A DNA stretch of 64,000 bases from Eledone cirrhosa (GCA_964016885.1 OZ024741.1:161758001-161822000), one strand, 5' to 3'; shown: positions 11,001-26,246, counted from the stretch's first letter. Translations and numbers: made by a program. Notes: generated by a model not told the origin, from the sequence alone.

Positions 11001-14000
11001 CTCTCCCAGAGATTGGTGGTACTTGTTTCCTGTGGCCGTTTACTGTCCCAGCACAGCTACTACATACGAAGCCTACATTCTTAGTTAAGCTTCCTGAGAT
11101 CCCACTACATCTCTTGTGTACCCATTGTTTGCATTTGGAGCAGAGGATGGAGTTCCTACCTACACCGTTTCTACATACTGAGCAAGGTCTTTTCCCTGAG
11201 GGGATCTGGGTTCTGTTTTCTCGTCTACTTACAAGAACCTTTAGTCTTTGTCAGGTTGACTTTGAGACCCTTTCTTTCTAGTCCCTGCTTCCATGTTTGG
11301 AATTTCTTCTCTAGTTCCACCATAGATTCAACTATAAGTGCGAGATCATCCGCATATAGGAATTCCCATGGGCATCTGGTCTTAAACTCCTCCATTATTG
11401 CCTGCAAAGCTATAATGAACAGGAGAGGGTGGACACTATAATGAACAGAGCTGTGGTGGACACCAACCTGTACGCTAAATTCCTCGCTATAGTCATTGCT
11501 AACCCTAACTTTGCTGACTGCTCTCCTATACATGGCTTGTACAGATTTCACAAGACATTCATCTACTCCTAATTTTCTAAGAGCCCACCAGATTATGGCA
11601 TGGGGGACTCTGTCGAAGGCTTTTTCCAGATCGACGAATGCCAGGTAGAGCAGCATACTTTTAGCTAGGTACTTTTCACAAGGGAGAGGGCATAAACCCA
11701 AATTGCATCTCATCTAGTTTTACCCAGTCCCTAATCAACTGTGCTATAACTCTTTCCGTTACTTTCATGACCTGGTCCATCAGCTTTATACCTCTATAGT
11801 TTCCTCTATCTAGTGCATCACGTTTACCATTGTAGAGAGGGGAGATTGGTATGCATAGGCGACTGCTGGCCTTTTCTCTTTATTAAATGTGGGTTGTGAA
11901 ATAACTTAACAATGACTTTTAACATTATGAAAGATTTTTATTCTATTCTTTTTAAAAAAATAAATATAAACACTTTAAAACAGTTTTGTATCATTGATCA
12001 AAGGTTTAATATTTTGGGGTGGTTTGGTATCAAAAGTGTCAAGATTAAATTTTATAATGGAAATACTGATTTTTCTCCCCTAATTCTAGGACCCAATGGT
12101 TCCTATTGTTGTTACTCCAAGCTATATCTTATCTAAAAATAAGACAAAATATAATGCCATTATCAAAACAGAAAAATTTTTCAACCCAAACCATGCAGAA
12201 GATACTGAAAAGTAAGCAATTTTTTATTTCTTCTCTTCTTTTCTTCTTTGCCCACTTATTCCTGAGAGGGTCATGGGGGCAGAGTCCTTAAACAATCCTT
12301 CCAGCAGGTCCTGTCAGAAATAACCATCTCTAATTGATCCAGCTGAATCCCCAAGTTAGACTAGTCGAGCTGAATGATGTTATCCACTCATCTTGCTCGG
12401 GATCTACCCCTGGGTCTCCTGCCAGCTGGTTTCGTCCATAAAATCTGTCCTGTGATTCTTTCATGAGATATTCTAACTATATGTCATAATATTGGAGCTG
12501 TGATCTCTCACTCCAAAATTAACATTCCATAATTGAAAACTATTTATTATAACAACAACCTCCCTTGTTTGTGGTGATACAATAAAAAGGCACCTAGTAC
12601 ACTCTGTAAAGTGGCAGTACTTGTGTCATAATAATATGTACCTAGTTCACTCTATAAACTGTTTGTGGTGTTGCCATAGAAAAATTCACCCAATACTCTC
12701 TGCAAAGTGGTATAGGTGGTGCCATGATAAAATGCACCCAATACACTCTGTAAAGTGGTAGAGGTGGTGCCATGATAAAATGCACCCAATACACTCTGTA
12801 AAGTTGTTGGTGTTAAGAAGTATATCTAGCCATGGAAACCATGCCAAAAATATATATATCATATGGAACACTGATAGTTAAGGAGAAACTGGGGTTTTTA
12901 ACTACTTAAAACCCTCCAGATATAACTGCTACAATGTCAACGATAGAGCTCTACATGGGCACTCAATATGCTAGAAATAGCACCAAAACTTACCACAAAT
13001 TACACTTTTCTCTTTTAACCCTTTCATTACCATATTTCTAATGCAAGAAGCTGCCTGTAGTCATCATCATCATTTTCGTTTAATGTCCACTTTCCACGCT
13101 AGCATGGGTTAGTAGTGTTCAATTTATTTTGATAATAATCAAGAATTTGGAGTGATTTAATAAAATAAGTTTTTCAGTTTTAAACTGGTGTTTGAAACAT
13201 ATCTTAACAACATTTTCTTACATAAAATTATACTGGAATTTTATTAATATAAATATGAATACTACCACTTCTGATACCAAAATGCATGAAATTGCCCCTA
13301 GTTCTCTGATATAGAGCTGTCTGTTTTTAAGTGTTTATATTTATCTAAAAATTTTCTGATGTAATTATATGTAATATCCTATGTTTCAAACAACTGCTTA
13401 AAAAAGATTTATAATTTTAGCACAAGGCCAGCAATTTTGGGTGCAAAAGGGAAAGTTGATGAAACTGACCTTAGTACTCAAATGGTACCTTATTTTATTG
13501 ACCTCAGAAGGTGTAAAGGTAATGTTGACATTGGCAAGATTTGAACTCAGAACGTAAAGAACTGGAATAAATACTGCTAAACATTTTGTCTGACATGCTA
13601 ACAACTCTGGCACTTATCACTAAATCCCTCCAAATTCTTGATTATTTTCAAAATAATTTGAAATGTCTGTTTTTAAGTGTTTATATTTATCTAAAAATTT
13701 TCTGATGTAATTATATGTAATATCCTATGTTTCAAACAACTGCTTAAAAAAGATTTATAATTTTAGCACAAGGCCAGCAATTTTGGGTGCAAAAGGGAAA
13801 GTTGATGAAACTGACCTTAGTACTCAAATGGTACCTTATTTTATTGACCTCAGAAGGTGTAAAGGTAATGTTGACATTGGCAAGATTTGAACTCAGAACG
13901 TAAAGAACTGGAATAAATACTGCTAAACATTTTGTCTGACATGCTAACAACTCTGGCACTTATCACTAAATCCCTCCAAATTCTTGATTATTTTCAAAAT

Positions 14001-16509
14001 AATTTGAAAATAATAATTAGTGTCTTTCATTAGAAATATTGTAAAAGGTTATATCTAGTCTATTAGAGGTAGTTTCAGTTTGTTAATAGAAGAGTTACAA
14101 AAAAAAAGAACACATTACATAATATAGTTCTAGAGCCCCTTGAAAGTAACAACAACAGTAAATAGCTTAAGACTTTTGTGAGCATATTTCTAATGAAATA
14201 CACTGTTAATATACGAGTATATCAATTAATTTTGAAAATAATAAAGATTTTGAAGTGATTTAGTAAAATATAACTAACTTCCTTATTATTAAGTTAGTAT
14301 TTGGAACATAACATAACAAATGTTTTTACATAATTGAAGGTTTTTAGATAAATATAATCACTTTAAAACAAAGTTTTGTATCTTAGAACAACCAGGGTCA
14401 GTTTTAGGTAGTATTGAGAAGGTTTTGTTGAAGATCAACAAATATTTGCTTCTAATTTCTCTTTTATTCTATATCTATCAGGAACAAGGAACCTAAGAAT
14501 CGAGAAAGGTAAGATGTCAGAACTGTTTTTTAAATTCATAATAATAAGGGTTTTTAATTTAGGCACAAGGCCAGTAATTGTGGCTCAAAGTGGGTTAAAT
14601 CAATCCTAGTACATTATTGGTACTTATTTTATCATCCCACAAAAACATTTAACCCTTTAGCCATATCTGGCCAGAATTTTCTCACCTCTTTCCGTTCAAA
14701 CCAGCCATAACCGGCTGCTCATACTTATGTCAAAATCTCGTGGATTCAATATTATGTGAGATAATTATGTGAAATAAAGTAATGTAAATTCTAAAGGGTT
14801 AAGGCTGATTTGCCATTGGCAGGATTTGAACTCAATGCTCTAACTATTTTGCTAAGCCACTGTCCATTTTAGATTCCTAATAATGATTTTTAACATGGGA
14901 AGTGTGGCCACAAATTTTGAAGGGAGTATAGTTGATTATATCAACCCTAGTATTTGACATTATCAAAACTAGAAGGTTAACTTTGCCTTTCATCCTTACG
15001 GGGTCGATAAAATAAAGTACCAGTAATGCACTGGATAATTACTGGCCTTGTGCCTGACGTAGAAACAATTATCAAAACTAGAAGCACAAAAGGCAAAGTT
15101 TACCCCCCCCCCCCCCTCCCCTTCCCTGGAATTTTAATTCGGAATGTTAGGGGCATAGTTAAATATCTCAAGTCATTTTGTTCACAACTCTATCAATTCT
15201 TTTATCATCATCATCACCTTCGTTTTTACGTCCACTTTTCCATGCAATGAAATATTTTTTATTAGCTCAATAATAATTTTTTTTTTCCCTTTTGTAAGGT
15301 TTCTCCAGCAATAGGTTGCTAGGTGATGTGTCTTAATTGGCCTCAAATCAGTCCCTGATCTCAGAGGCTCAATATATTACATAGGATTCTGACAGTGCTA
15401 GTGATGGTAAAAATGTGAGCATTGTCTATGAAGTTGGGGATCCCAAGGCTTTTGATGTAAATAATAATAAAAATGATAGTAATTTCTAATTTAAGCACAA
15501 GGCCAGTCATTTTGGGAAAAGGAAAATTATTTGACCAGCACTTTATTTTATCAACCCCCAAAAGGATGAAAGTCAAAATTGACCTCGGTGGGTGAACTCA
15601 GAATGTAAAGAGTCAGAATAAATGTTAGAATGTATTTTGTCTGAGACTCTAATAGTTCTGTTGACATAATAAGTAAAGAACTAGAACCAATGCTGTGACA
15701 CATTTTTTCTGCCCTACGAATAATTCTGCTAATCCAATGATAGTAATAATAATAATGGTTTCTGATATAGGCTTAAGGCCAGCAATTTTGGGGGAGAGGA
15801 AAGTCAATTAAATCGACCCCAGTGCATTACTGGTACTTTATTTTATCAACTCCATAAGGATGTAAGGCAAAGCTAACCACAGCGGGATTTGAACTTAGAC
15901 CGTAAAGAGCCATAACTCTATGCCTCAAAGCATGATGTCCAATTCTGCCAATCCAAATAATAATAGTAATTGGTGCCACTATAAAGTGTACATGGTACAC
16001 TCTGGAAAATGGTTGCTGTTTGAGTGGTAACAGTGTAGGGTAGAGCAAACTCTTCAGTCACACCAAGGATAAAACAAACCTTCAGTGGCTGTTGCCATAA
16101 TAAAATCCACCCAGTGCACTTTGTAAACTGGTTAATGTTTGGAACGGCAACTAACTGTTGAAACTATACCAAAAAATAGTTTGATAGGACTTTTTAGTCA
16201 TGTCAAGAACATGACTTAACTTCCTTAGTGCTGGTATACTCTGTAAATCATCCCAAAATGTAGGAGGGTAAGAAAAAGAAGAAACTCAGAGGGGAAAGAA
16301 AGAAGGATAGAAAGAATGACGTGAAAAAGATATAAAGGAATAATAAAATGGGGAAAAAAAACAGGAAAAAAGAAGGAACTAAAGGCAATCAAATTTATGT
16401 TTCAGAGACCTGCTCCTAGAACAGCTGCATCAACAGATTGCTGACTTAGAACTCTACCTTGAGGAAGAACAATATGAACATAAGCAAAGTAAACTGAAGG
16501 TCAGTGAGG

Positions 16510-16542
<33 letters not shown>

Positions 16543-16687
16543 GTGTGTGTGTATATATATATATTCCACAATAAAATGTCTCCAGCTTAGCTAGAAAGTG
16601 GCAGTGCTGGTGCCACATTAAAATGAACCCAGTTCACCCTGTCATGTGGTTGTGGTGGTGGTGCCATGAGAAAACGAACCTGGTACA

Positions 16688-16725
<38 letters not shown>

Positions 16726-18473
16726 ATGTTTGAATTCCAATCAATGAGTTTCTGATACTTTCTGATAAAGTTTTATCCTTTTCATTATTATAACCTGGCA
16801 CATGTCATGAAGTGGTTGACATTAAGAAGAACATCCAACTATAAAAACCATGTCAAAATGGAACACATGAGCAAGACACCCCCCCACCCCCCACCCCCAT
16901 CCCCACACAGATATGCATTTATATATATATACTAATGGCCTTCTGGCTTTTGTTCCGGTCTGCACTGTGCTCAAATCTACTTATAAGGCACCTATTGTCA
17001 TCTGTCATAGTGTCCAACTTCCTGAGAATAAAGGATGTTAAAATGTATTTAAATACTGCATAACATAATTTCAAAAAAATATGTAGAATATACAGAAAGT
17101 AATAAGGATAATAAGAGTAAAATGTATTCTACGAAAATTATAAAACATTTACAGAACTTCAGTATATACAATGTTTTAAACTTTTTTCTTTGAATCATAT
17201 ATGAAGAGTTTGTTGGTGTTTCCTACTCTGGAACAACCTACATACAATTGATCATATGAGAAGCATCCCTCTTCTAGATGGAGACCAGCAACCTGGGTTT
17301 AACTTTTGGACTTGTTAATAGTCATTGCGTAACTGACTCTCACTGGAATTACAATTATTTGAAATTAAAGGGAACATCTGTTGGTATTAGCGGCATTCTA
17401 GGTAAACAATACAATGTCTTCCTTATCACATCCAGTGAGAATTTTGGCTTCAATAATATGAGGCTGTAGTTCAGTCACAACCATATGTATCCCATTGCAC
17501 AATCTTCGCTAATCCAAGTTTCTGAGAAGCATGGTGACTGCGCCCTTCTTCAATTCATGTTCGTGTGGCAACATACCAAATTGTTTTATCTAGGTTAATT
17601 AGCTGTAGAGGCCTGTATGTCAAGTTGTTTTTGACTGCTTTCAAATTCATTCTTCAACAGGCCGAGGCCATCTGCATATTGAAAGTCACCAGCCCAGGTA
17701 CTTTAATAGCTGCCTCTATTCCAGCCTCAATGTTGAAATCATGTTCAACAGGAAGAATTTCTCAACTTCCTTAACTGATGATGCATTTAAGAGATTTGAA
17801 AATATATATTCTGTTTGCAACTATATTCTGTATCTTGCTACGTTAGTGCTGCTGTTAATTAAATCTAGCCAGTCAAGTCCACTCTCTCTTTATATCATCA
17901 TCATCATCATCATCACCGTTTTACGTCCGTTCTTCCACGCTAGCATGGGTTAGACGGGTTGTCCTGTTGTGGGCAGTGTCTGGTCGGCTGACCATGCCTT
18001 GCTCATACAGGAACTGATCTGGCTTGATTTCTACAGCTGGATGCCCTTCCTAACACCAACCTCATTTACAGTGAGTGCTGGGTGCTTTTTCGTGGCGCCT
18101 ACACGTCCACTTTACAGTGTGGGCTGGGTGCTTTTTTGCCGTGGCACCTCCACGACCACCTTGCGGTGGGGGGGGGGGGCATATTGTTTATATGCTTCAG
18201 CATGTACCCATGGGAGGTCGGGTACCCTGTATTACTGCGTGACGCCAGAAGTCACGGTCGTGTGTCATTGACTTTGAGAGGTGTAGTTGGGTAAGGTCGG
18301 CTTTTATCACCTCATCCCAAGTCATCTTGGGTCTCCCCACTCCGCGGTTTCCATCAACTTCTAGTGCTCTGCACCTTTTTATGCAGCTGTCATCCTTCAT
18401 ACGCATCACATGTCCATACCAGCGTAACCGCCTCTCCTGCACGCAGCATTTGATTCCTCTTGTGAATTCTTTT

Positions 18474-18511
<38 letters not shown>

Positions 18512-21500
18512 AAAAGAATTCACAGACACACACAAACAATATAGAAGATTCACAGATAAGCACATGTACACACACACACACACATGCACAGACTCACACA
18601 CATGCACAAACTCACACACACACTGAAGCCATGATGTAGATCAGATTAGTTGAAAACACATAACAAACCTTAATTATTACCAATTTTATTTAGTGTTATT
18701 AGCGGGCAACGTACAAACATTCTTTTTATAAGGATACAGATAGATATATACTTACAGATAGAGAGAAAAAGAGGTAGAGAGAGAGAGAGAGAAATAGAGT
18801 GAGAGAGAGAGTCAGATGTCAGGCCAGCTGACAACAAATGTTATAGTTAGTTAGAGATGAGGAGGACGTGGTCTGAGTGAGATGTGTGGTGTTTCCCTCT
18901 CTATATGATGGACGAAGAGACAATATGTCTCTTCGCCCGCATGACAGACAAAGAAACAATATTTGTGTACTAGAAATAGCAGTAAATGTCCTCCAACTGC
19001 CCCCCCCCTCTTATTCCATTTTCGGAAAATAAGTTGACAGTTAGCTTGATAGAGGTCAGATTAATTAAAAACACACCCAAAAGACTTAATTATTATCAAT
19101 TTTATTTAGTGTTATTAGTGGTCGACATACAAACAAACTTCCTATTTATAAGGATATATAGATTTGTAATGATATTAATAGTATGAGCATGAAATGCAGT
19201 TCGGGTTTGTGTCAGGCAAAAGTACCACAGACGCTCTTTTCATTGTACGACAACTACAGGAGAAGTACCTAGCTAAAAGTAAACCCCTATACTTAGCCTT
19301 TGTCGACTTGGAGAAAGCCTTCGACAGAGTCCCCCGTTCCATTATCTGGTGGGCTCTTAGAAAACTAGGTGTTGACGAATGGCTTGTGAGAGCTATACAA
19401 GCCATGTATAAAGAAACAGTGAGCAAGGTTAGAATTAACAGCGAATATAGTGAAGAGTTTAGCGTAAAAGTTGGTGTCCATCAGGGCTCTGTTCTTAGCC
19501 CCCTACTATTCATTATTGCTCTTCAGGCTATAACAGAGGAGTTCAAGACCGGCTGCCCATGGGAACTCCTATACGCAGATGACCTAACGCTCATAGCTGA
19601 ATCAATGGCCGAGCTAGAGAAGAAATTCCAAACATGGAAGCACGGCCTAGAATCAAAAGGCCTTAAAATTAACCTGGCTAAGACTAAAGTTCTAGTTTGT
19701 AGGAAAGAAAATAAGGCGCCGGTCCCTTCCGGGAAATGGCCATGCTCAGTGTGTAGGAAAGGCGTAGGTAGAAACTCCATTTTATGTCCCAAATGCAAAG
19801 TATGGGTGCATAAAAGATGTAGTGGGATCACAGGTAAGCTAACTAAGAACACAGATTTTACATGTGGCCGGTGCTCTGGTGCAATAAGTAGCAGCAAGTG
19901 CCCACAAAATACTAACTCTTTCAATTGCGCAGAGGGTTCTATAGAAATAGTGGACAGCTTCCGTTACCTGGGTGACAAAATCAGCAGTGGGGGAGGGTGC
20001 TCTGAAAGTACAGTAGCTAGAGTCAGAACTGGATGGAAAAAGTTCAGAGAGCTTATACCACTATTAGCCTCTAAAGGGTTCTCCCTAAAAATGAAGGGCA
20101 GGTTGTATGATGCCTGCATACGAACAGCAATGTTGCATGGCAGTGAGACCTGGGCATTGTGTGCAGAGGATATACGCAGACTAGAGAGGAACGAAGCTTG
20201 CATGCTCCGCTGGATGTGTAATAGTAATATACGCGAACGGCAAAGCATAAACGAACTAAGGAAAAAATTAGAAATAAGAGGGATCAGATGTTGTTTACTC
20301 GAGAGAAGGCTACGTTGGTATGGTCACGTGATGCGCATGAAAGATGACAGCTGTATAGCAAAGTGCAGGGCAATAAAGATAGACGGTAGCCACGGAGTAG
20401 GCAGACCCAGAAAAACCTGCGAAGAGCTGATAAATTCCGACCTCACACACTTACACCTCTCCAAGACAATGTCACTGGACCGAGACCTTTGGCGGTACTC
20501 AGTAATAGAGAAGACCCGCCTTACCTAAATACAAAATACACCCCCGTCCCACCACCCCCACCCCATCCACACCGCCCCTTTCAATGTAAAGTTATGTTGG
20601 TACCACAAAATCCAGGCCGAAACAAATGAGATCGTGTAGGTGTCACGACAAAAAAAAAAACACACAGTCCACGCTGTAAATGTGGCCGTGTAGGCAACAC
20701 GGTAAAAACCTCCCAGCCCCACACTGTAAATGTGGTTGGTGTTAGGAAGGGCATCCAGCTGTAGAAAACCCGCCAGACAGTCCACGCTGTAATGTGGCCG
20801 TGTAGGCAACACGGTAAAAACCTCCCAGCCCCACACTGTAAATGTGGTTGGTGTTAGGAAGGGCATCCAACTGTAGAAAACCCGCCAGACAGTCCTATGC
20901 GAGCAAGACAACCACTCTTGCCTCAAGTGGGAAAACTCCCGTCCAAACCCATGCAAGCGTGGAACATGGACGTTAAACGATGATGATGATGATGATGATG
21001 TTTGTTTATCTCTTCCAGGCAGAGCAGTTTCTGAATGACAAAGTCCAGCAAATACAGACACAACACCACAATGAAATCTGGTTAGTAGTTTTATTGCATT
21101 TATTTATATATTTATTTTTATTTATATAATTTTTTTTTTTTTGCTTCTTAGTCAGCACATGGCCTAGTGGTTAGGGTCATGATTGTAATGTCATGGGTTT
21201 GAATTCTAGACAGGCAGTGCATTTTGTTCTTGTGCAAGACACTTCATTTCACATTGCTCCTGTCTACTCTGCTAAAACTAATGAGTACCACCAACAGTAG
21301 TAGGTCATTTGTAATTTGGGGTTTCTCCTATCCTAGACGATCTGCCATCTCAATAGCTTACAAAGCTCAGCACCTGCCCTGTACAATCATAATTTTACTT
21401 TTCTCAGAGCGAATTGCCATTGATGATTTAGGAAAATAAGTGTAAAAGTTGAAAAGCAACAGGCAGGAAGGTGGTGGAAAGGAGGAGTGTAAGGCCATGT

Positions 21501-24500
21501 CTACCAAACACCAAGCCGGTAGGTGGTGGATATGGGTGGACACTAGAGCAAAAAGTTAGAGCAAGTGTTTATTGTTTTGTTTCACCATTTTCATGTCCAT
21601 CTCGATTATTTGAGGCAATGTTTTACAGGTGGTGGTCAGAAGTCACCTTTTTTTAAAACATATTTCTATTATTTTTTGTATTTTTTAATCCCAGTGAAAT
21701 GGAAGAAAAACATAGAAGTGATATCAAAGAACTTGAAGAAAACCACAAAAATCAGTTTGAAATCTGTCTAAAGGAAATAGAGATTGAAATAGGTAATATA
21801 ATTAACTCTTAACATCCTCTATCACATGAAATTGCTTTAGTAAGGTATTATTGAAAATTATAAAACAACCCTATGACTGCATCACATTAAAAATTTAAGT
21901 TTTTACTTTAGTTTACTACAAATGTTCACTAATAGTAAAAATACTACAAATATTTCAATTTAAACCATTATAAGATGTTAAGAGTTAAGAAGAGGATTTT
22001 ATGAATAATGGTCATGCAGGTATCACAACAAAAAGCACCTAGTCCACCTGTAAAGTGGTTGTATAGACGTCTGGCAAAAAGTATCCAGTCCACAGTGTAA
22101 AGTGGTTGTGAAGGTGTCACAACAAAAAGCACCCAGTAGTCACTATAAATGAGATTGGCATTAGGAAGGGCATCCAGCTGTAGAAATCAGTTCTGTAGGA
22201 GCAAAACATGGTCACCTGACCTTGCATTGCCCACAACAGAATAACTCATCTAACCGATGCTAGCGTGGAAAAATGGATGTAAAACGGTGATGATGATGAT
22301 TATTTAACTCTAACCCAACCATGCTCAGATATGTCCCTAACATATTCTACAGTTCCTAAAATAGATTATTTTGAGGTATTTCAATGCAAAACAGTCTTTT
22401 AGAAATTTGGATTTTTGCCTCATTCTATCCTAATGTCATTTTTGTTCCAAAAATGGTATTTATTGTTTCTGCAGGCCATTCTGAAGCAATTAGCATTAAC
22501 AATTTGTCGCTTAAAATACCTGAAATTTCATAAATCTTTGCTAGCCCAAGTCTTACAAAGAAAGCTATTTTGATAATTTTATTCGACCTAGTAAATGTCA
22601 AATATCTTTTGTTGCACTTAAATATGCTCAGATATGTCCCTAATACATTCTATATTTGTTAAAATAGATTATTTTGTGGTATTTCAATGTAAAACAAATC
22701 TCAGATTTATAATGAACCTTTTAGCATTGAAACTGGCCATATCCGACCAGAATTCTCTCACCTCTTTCTGTTCAAACCTGCTGTAACTGGCCACTCATAC
22801 TAATGTTAAGGTTTTGTTCTCAAAATAAATAATATCAAAATCTCATAGATTCAATATTATGTGCAATAATTATGTGAGGTAAAACCTTTACCATGAAAAT
22901 ACAATAGTAAATATAGAGTAATGTAAATACTAAGGGATTAAACATGAATGTCAGAAATTTGTCTGTCTTTCTTAAAATTGGTAGAAATGTCTTGCACTTC
23001 CATTTTACATGTAACTAGAAACCACAAGAAACTACATCTCACAAATTAGATGAAAAAGGAAAGAAATAAGAGGATGAAAGACACAGAATATGAAGACCAA
23101 GAAATGTGGGCAAAGGTGGGGAAAGGTGATCTCAAGAAGGAGATAAGTGGAGACATTGCTGTACTGAAATGGACTCATCTAACCCATGAAAGCATGGAAA
23201 AACAGCCATAAAAATTATGATGATGATGTTGCATGTGGGCTTTTATACACCTTTATTCTTTAGTAATGGGGTCTGCTTGGTCAGGGCTGGTGTAGGGCAA
23301 CATTAAATCATATGTATTGTATCCATCCAAAAGCCATAGCTTAATGAAGCTGTAGATGCACAATGTGAGTTTCAGTAGGTAAATAAATTGATAGTGCCTA
23401 TCTCCTTCCCAGATAGGTGCTTTCTGTCATAAGCTTTTCGACCCTTTGAGAAGTTTATATTTTAATTCTGCTGTGTGTTTACATCCCCTCCTCACCCAGG
23501 TTGTACTCGGCTATATGGTGCCAGTTGAAGGTAGAAGTTTACCACAATGGTATCAAACAATCTTCAACACCTATTTATTTATACATGTATTCTCCCCACT
23601 AAATCTTTTGGATGAGTTGTTTTCCCCATATATTTATTTGCTTAAAATTGTTTTAGTAAAGCCAGTACCATGCAAGCTAGAAATAAATAACTAAAAAGAG
23701 GAGTAAAATAAGACAAAATGAAACAATAGTTTACACTTTTACCTTATATTTCATATTTAAAAAAAAATCACATCCATTTTTTTCTTTTGAAATATAAGGT
23801 AAAAGTGTTAACTATTGTTTTGTTTGTTTTCACTCCTTCATTTTTAACTTGCATGATTCTGGTTTCCCCCAAACAATTTTAACCACATATTTCACAATGT
23901 TTCGTATAAAATATATTTATTGGTACACTGTTTGGTACAAATGCAGAAAGACTGAAAAAAGAGAATTCATATCTGCAGTATTCTTTCACTTCATACCAAG
24001 AAACTCTTCAGGAAGAAATGGAAAATAAATTGTCTCATAAGAAGAAAAAGTACCGTGAGAGGTTAGAAGCAAAATCTCAGGAGCAAATCAATTCTTTGCG
24101 TTAGTATAAAGTACTAACAACTTGGCTTGATATATTAACCTATATCTGCTTATATCTACTAACACACTGTTTTTATCTCCTAGATTACTAAACATGGACT
24201 AATATCTATATTATAATAAAATACTAACAACTTGGTCTGATATATTGGCCTATATCAATACATGAAGATATGTTCTATCCTCTACACCAATGTAAAGTGA
24301 TATTAGACAATATTGTAAGTACCTCTTGGAGCCACAGGTAGCAGACCTTTCATTCCAATAATTGGAGAATTGCATGCATCTGAAACAATGAAATACTGCC
24401 ACTTCCATAGTTTCCTCACTGAGGTGTAGAATAGGTAGAAGCAGGTGTATTTCTTCGGTCACTGAAGTTGCTACCTTCTATATTGAAATGCTCTTGGTAA

Positions 24501-26179
24501 CTGGGAGGAGGTGGTTTTTGCCATGTTAATGTGCCATCATCTTGAGAATCCATAATGGGGAGGAAGTGCATCTTTCCTGGAGAGGTACTGCATCTTTACT
24601 GAGGTGGAGGAAGGCCAGTGATCAGGCAGTCGAGGCTGTTGCTCTTTGTCTGTCTTAAATTGGTGCTTATAATATCCATTATTAAAGAGAGAGAGAGAGA
24701 GAGAGAGGGGGGGAAGGCAGGGGGAAGCTACAACAACAATAAGCATTTTAGCCCTTTGATACTAAACCACTTGAAACGATGTCTAGTTTTATGATCATCA
24801 TCATGTTCCCACAACTGGCGCAGCCAGTCATTGGGGTGCCACTCTTGACAGTTTTGCAGTCAGTCATTGGTCTCCGTCATGCATAGAAGGGTCTCGATGT
24901 TGTGACCAGTCCAGTCTTTGATGTTGTTGAACCAGGATTTTCTTTACCTGCCTCTTCTTTGCCCTACCTCAACTGTGCCCTGAAGGATAGATTTAGACAA
25001 GGAGTTGTGGTGGGATACATGATCATACCAGGCAATCTTCCATCTTTTCACTATTGCAAGTAGTGGTTCCTGTCTGCCAGCATCTTCGTTAACTTGCTGC
25101 CTGACAAAGCCGTTTGTTTTGTGTTCCATGTATGGGATGTGTAGCAACCTTCTGAAGCACTTGTGCTCAAATGACTGGATTCTTTGTTCCAAGTCAGCTG
25201 TGAGAGTCCAACTCTTACACCCATACAAAAGGATCAAAGTCACCAAAGACTTGCATAGTTTGAGCTTTGTTGGAAAACTAACGGAGCTGCTTTTCCATAT
25301 GACATTCAGCTTTTCCACTGAGGAGTGGCCAGAGCGAGTCTTGTCAGTATCTCCTTTTCAGATCTGCCATCTTTGGTTAGTGTGAATCCTAGGTACTTGA
25401 AGGTGTCCACTTCTTCAAATCTTCTTCCATTCATGTTGGTATATTTTAAAGTATTAATATCCAAAAACATTCTTTCATAATTCTATATAAGAACCTTTCT
25501 TAAGTTATACTCCAAACAACAGCTTAATAATGAGTTAGTTATATTACTAAATCTTTTCAATTTCCTGATTGTTTTACAAATTAATTGAAATGTGTAGACA
25601 ATGTATTTCATTTATAATATGTTAAGTGTTGAATAGAATATTGTTCAAAATGAGGAAGACAGTGATGGGTGTGAGGATGATAAGAATAGAACCAGTGGAA
25701 TGGAATGAGATCGTTGGGTCATGTTTTGAGGAACAATGAAAGTGACTTGGTGACAGGATTGATGGGAGTGACTGTGGGGGAGGTAGAGGAAGGGGAAGAT
25801 ATAAAAGACATGGTTGGGGATGATGGAGGAGGAAATGAAAGTCATGAGGCTGTTGAGGGGAGAAACAGTTGAGAGGACAAAATGAAGAAGCTTGCTGTGC
25901 ACCCTCCATGGCTAACTACTAAAATTCAAAAATGAATCTCTCTCTCTCTCTGTAAATAGAATCAGGTTGTTGCAATGTCTAATATCAAACAGAGAGAGAG
26001 AGAGAGAGAGAGAAAATAATGTTTTTCTTTTCACTAAGAACATCAGTACTTTCTTCTAATATTACAGGAGAACGTCTTGAGAAAGAGAAAGAAACAGAAG
26101 TGAATAATTTGATGCAAGAACATAACGAACAGAAGGAGCAACTAAAGAAAGACCTTGATGACAAACTTGAGGTTTTTAC

Positions 26180-26246
<67 letters not shown>

